Source: Microthyrium microscopicum (Eukaryota). Taken from it: 64,000 nt of DNA. This document shows, in pieces, positions 63,701 to 64,000 of this stretch. A model generated the notes under the pieces. It did no database searches. It had not been told where the DNA came from and saw nothing but the letters and a program-made list of their open reading frames with translations. The DNA is taken from positions 189,895 through 253,894 of the forward strand of contig MU004244.1 in assembly GCA_010405405.1 (NCBI GenBank), written 5' to 3'. Both the position numbers and the translations under genes were made by a program. Position 1 is the stretch's first letter, and every line of letters starts with the position of its first letter.

Positions 63701-64000
63701 GCATCACAGGGCTGACAGCTCTTATTGAGGTTAAGCGGTAGCTGACACTGCACATGGTCTCCTGGTTGCTGCATACTATTACTGCAAGGTACACCCGCCA
63801 TGCATATGTGAAGATCATGGTTGGAACTTGGATCAGAGGCTCAAAGAACAGGGAATTTCATCTTGTTTTATCCGATCGATCGCAACTGGGGTGCAAATGG
63901 TACTCGGTCTCAGGCATACAATGGTGCTTCCATTGTTTCTTGTGATTAGCATTTTCTCACCAAATCAGCCGCTGACAATACCATACAACTTGCATTAGAA

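Overview
Eukaryotic DNA from a filamentous ascomycete (Pezizomycotina-type genes, short GT-AG introns with CTAAC branch points). About 17 mostly conserved genes: SEC27 (truncated by the window), Msb2-type signalling mucin, a TPR protein (HmgX/TTC36-like) divergent from HPPD, an AA11-like LPMO, divergent KRR1/UTP10, MET6, a PLAC8 protein, Pof1-like NMNAT, a kelch membrane protein, CRAL-TRIO/RhoGAP, an SRA/YDG protein, AP-2 beta adaptin, a Zn2Cys6 factor and a PHD protein. The most unusual region is the 4.7-kb gap between the convergent UTP10 and MET6 genes. It holds an AT-rich array of 17 palindromic sites (TAGGAATAAG-N19-CTTATTCCTA) with variable spacers of nearly fixed length, ~116-bp or ~170-180-bp periods, and linkers that flip orientation. 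Three copies of a second hairpin-containing repeat bracket the array, two of them forming a 390-bp inverted-repeat element. All calls come from reading the sequence by eye; no searches were run.
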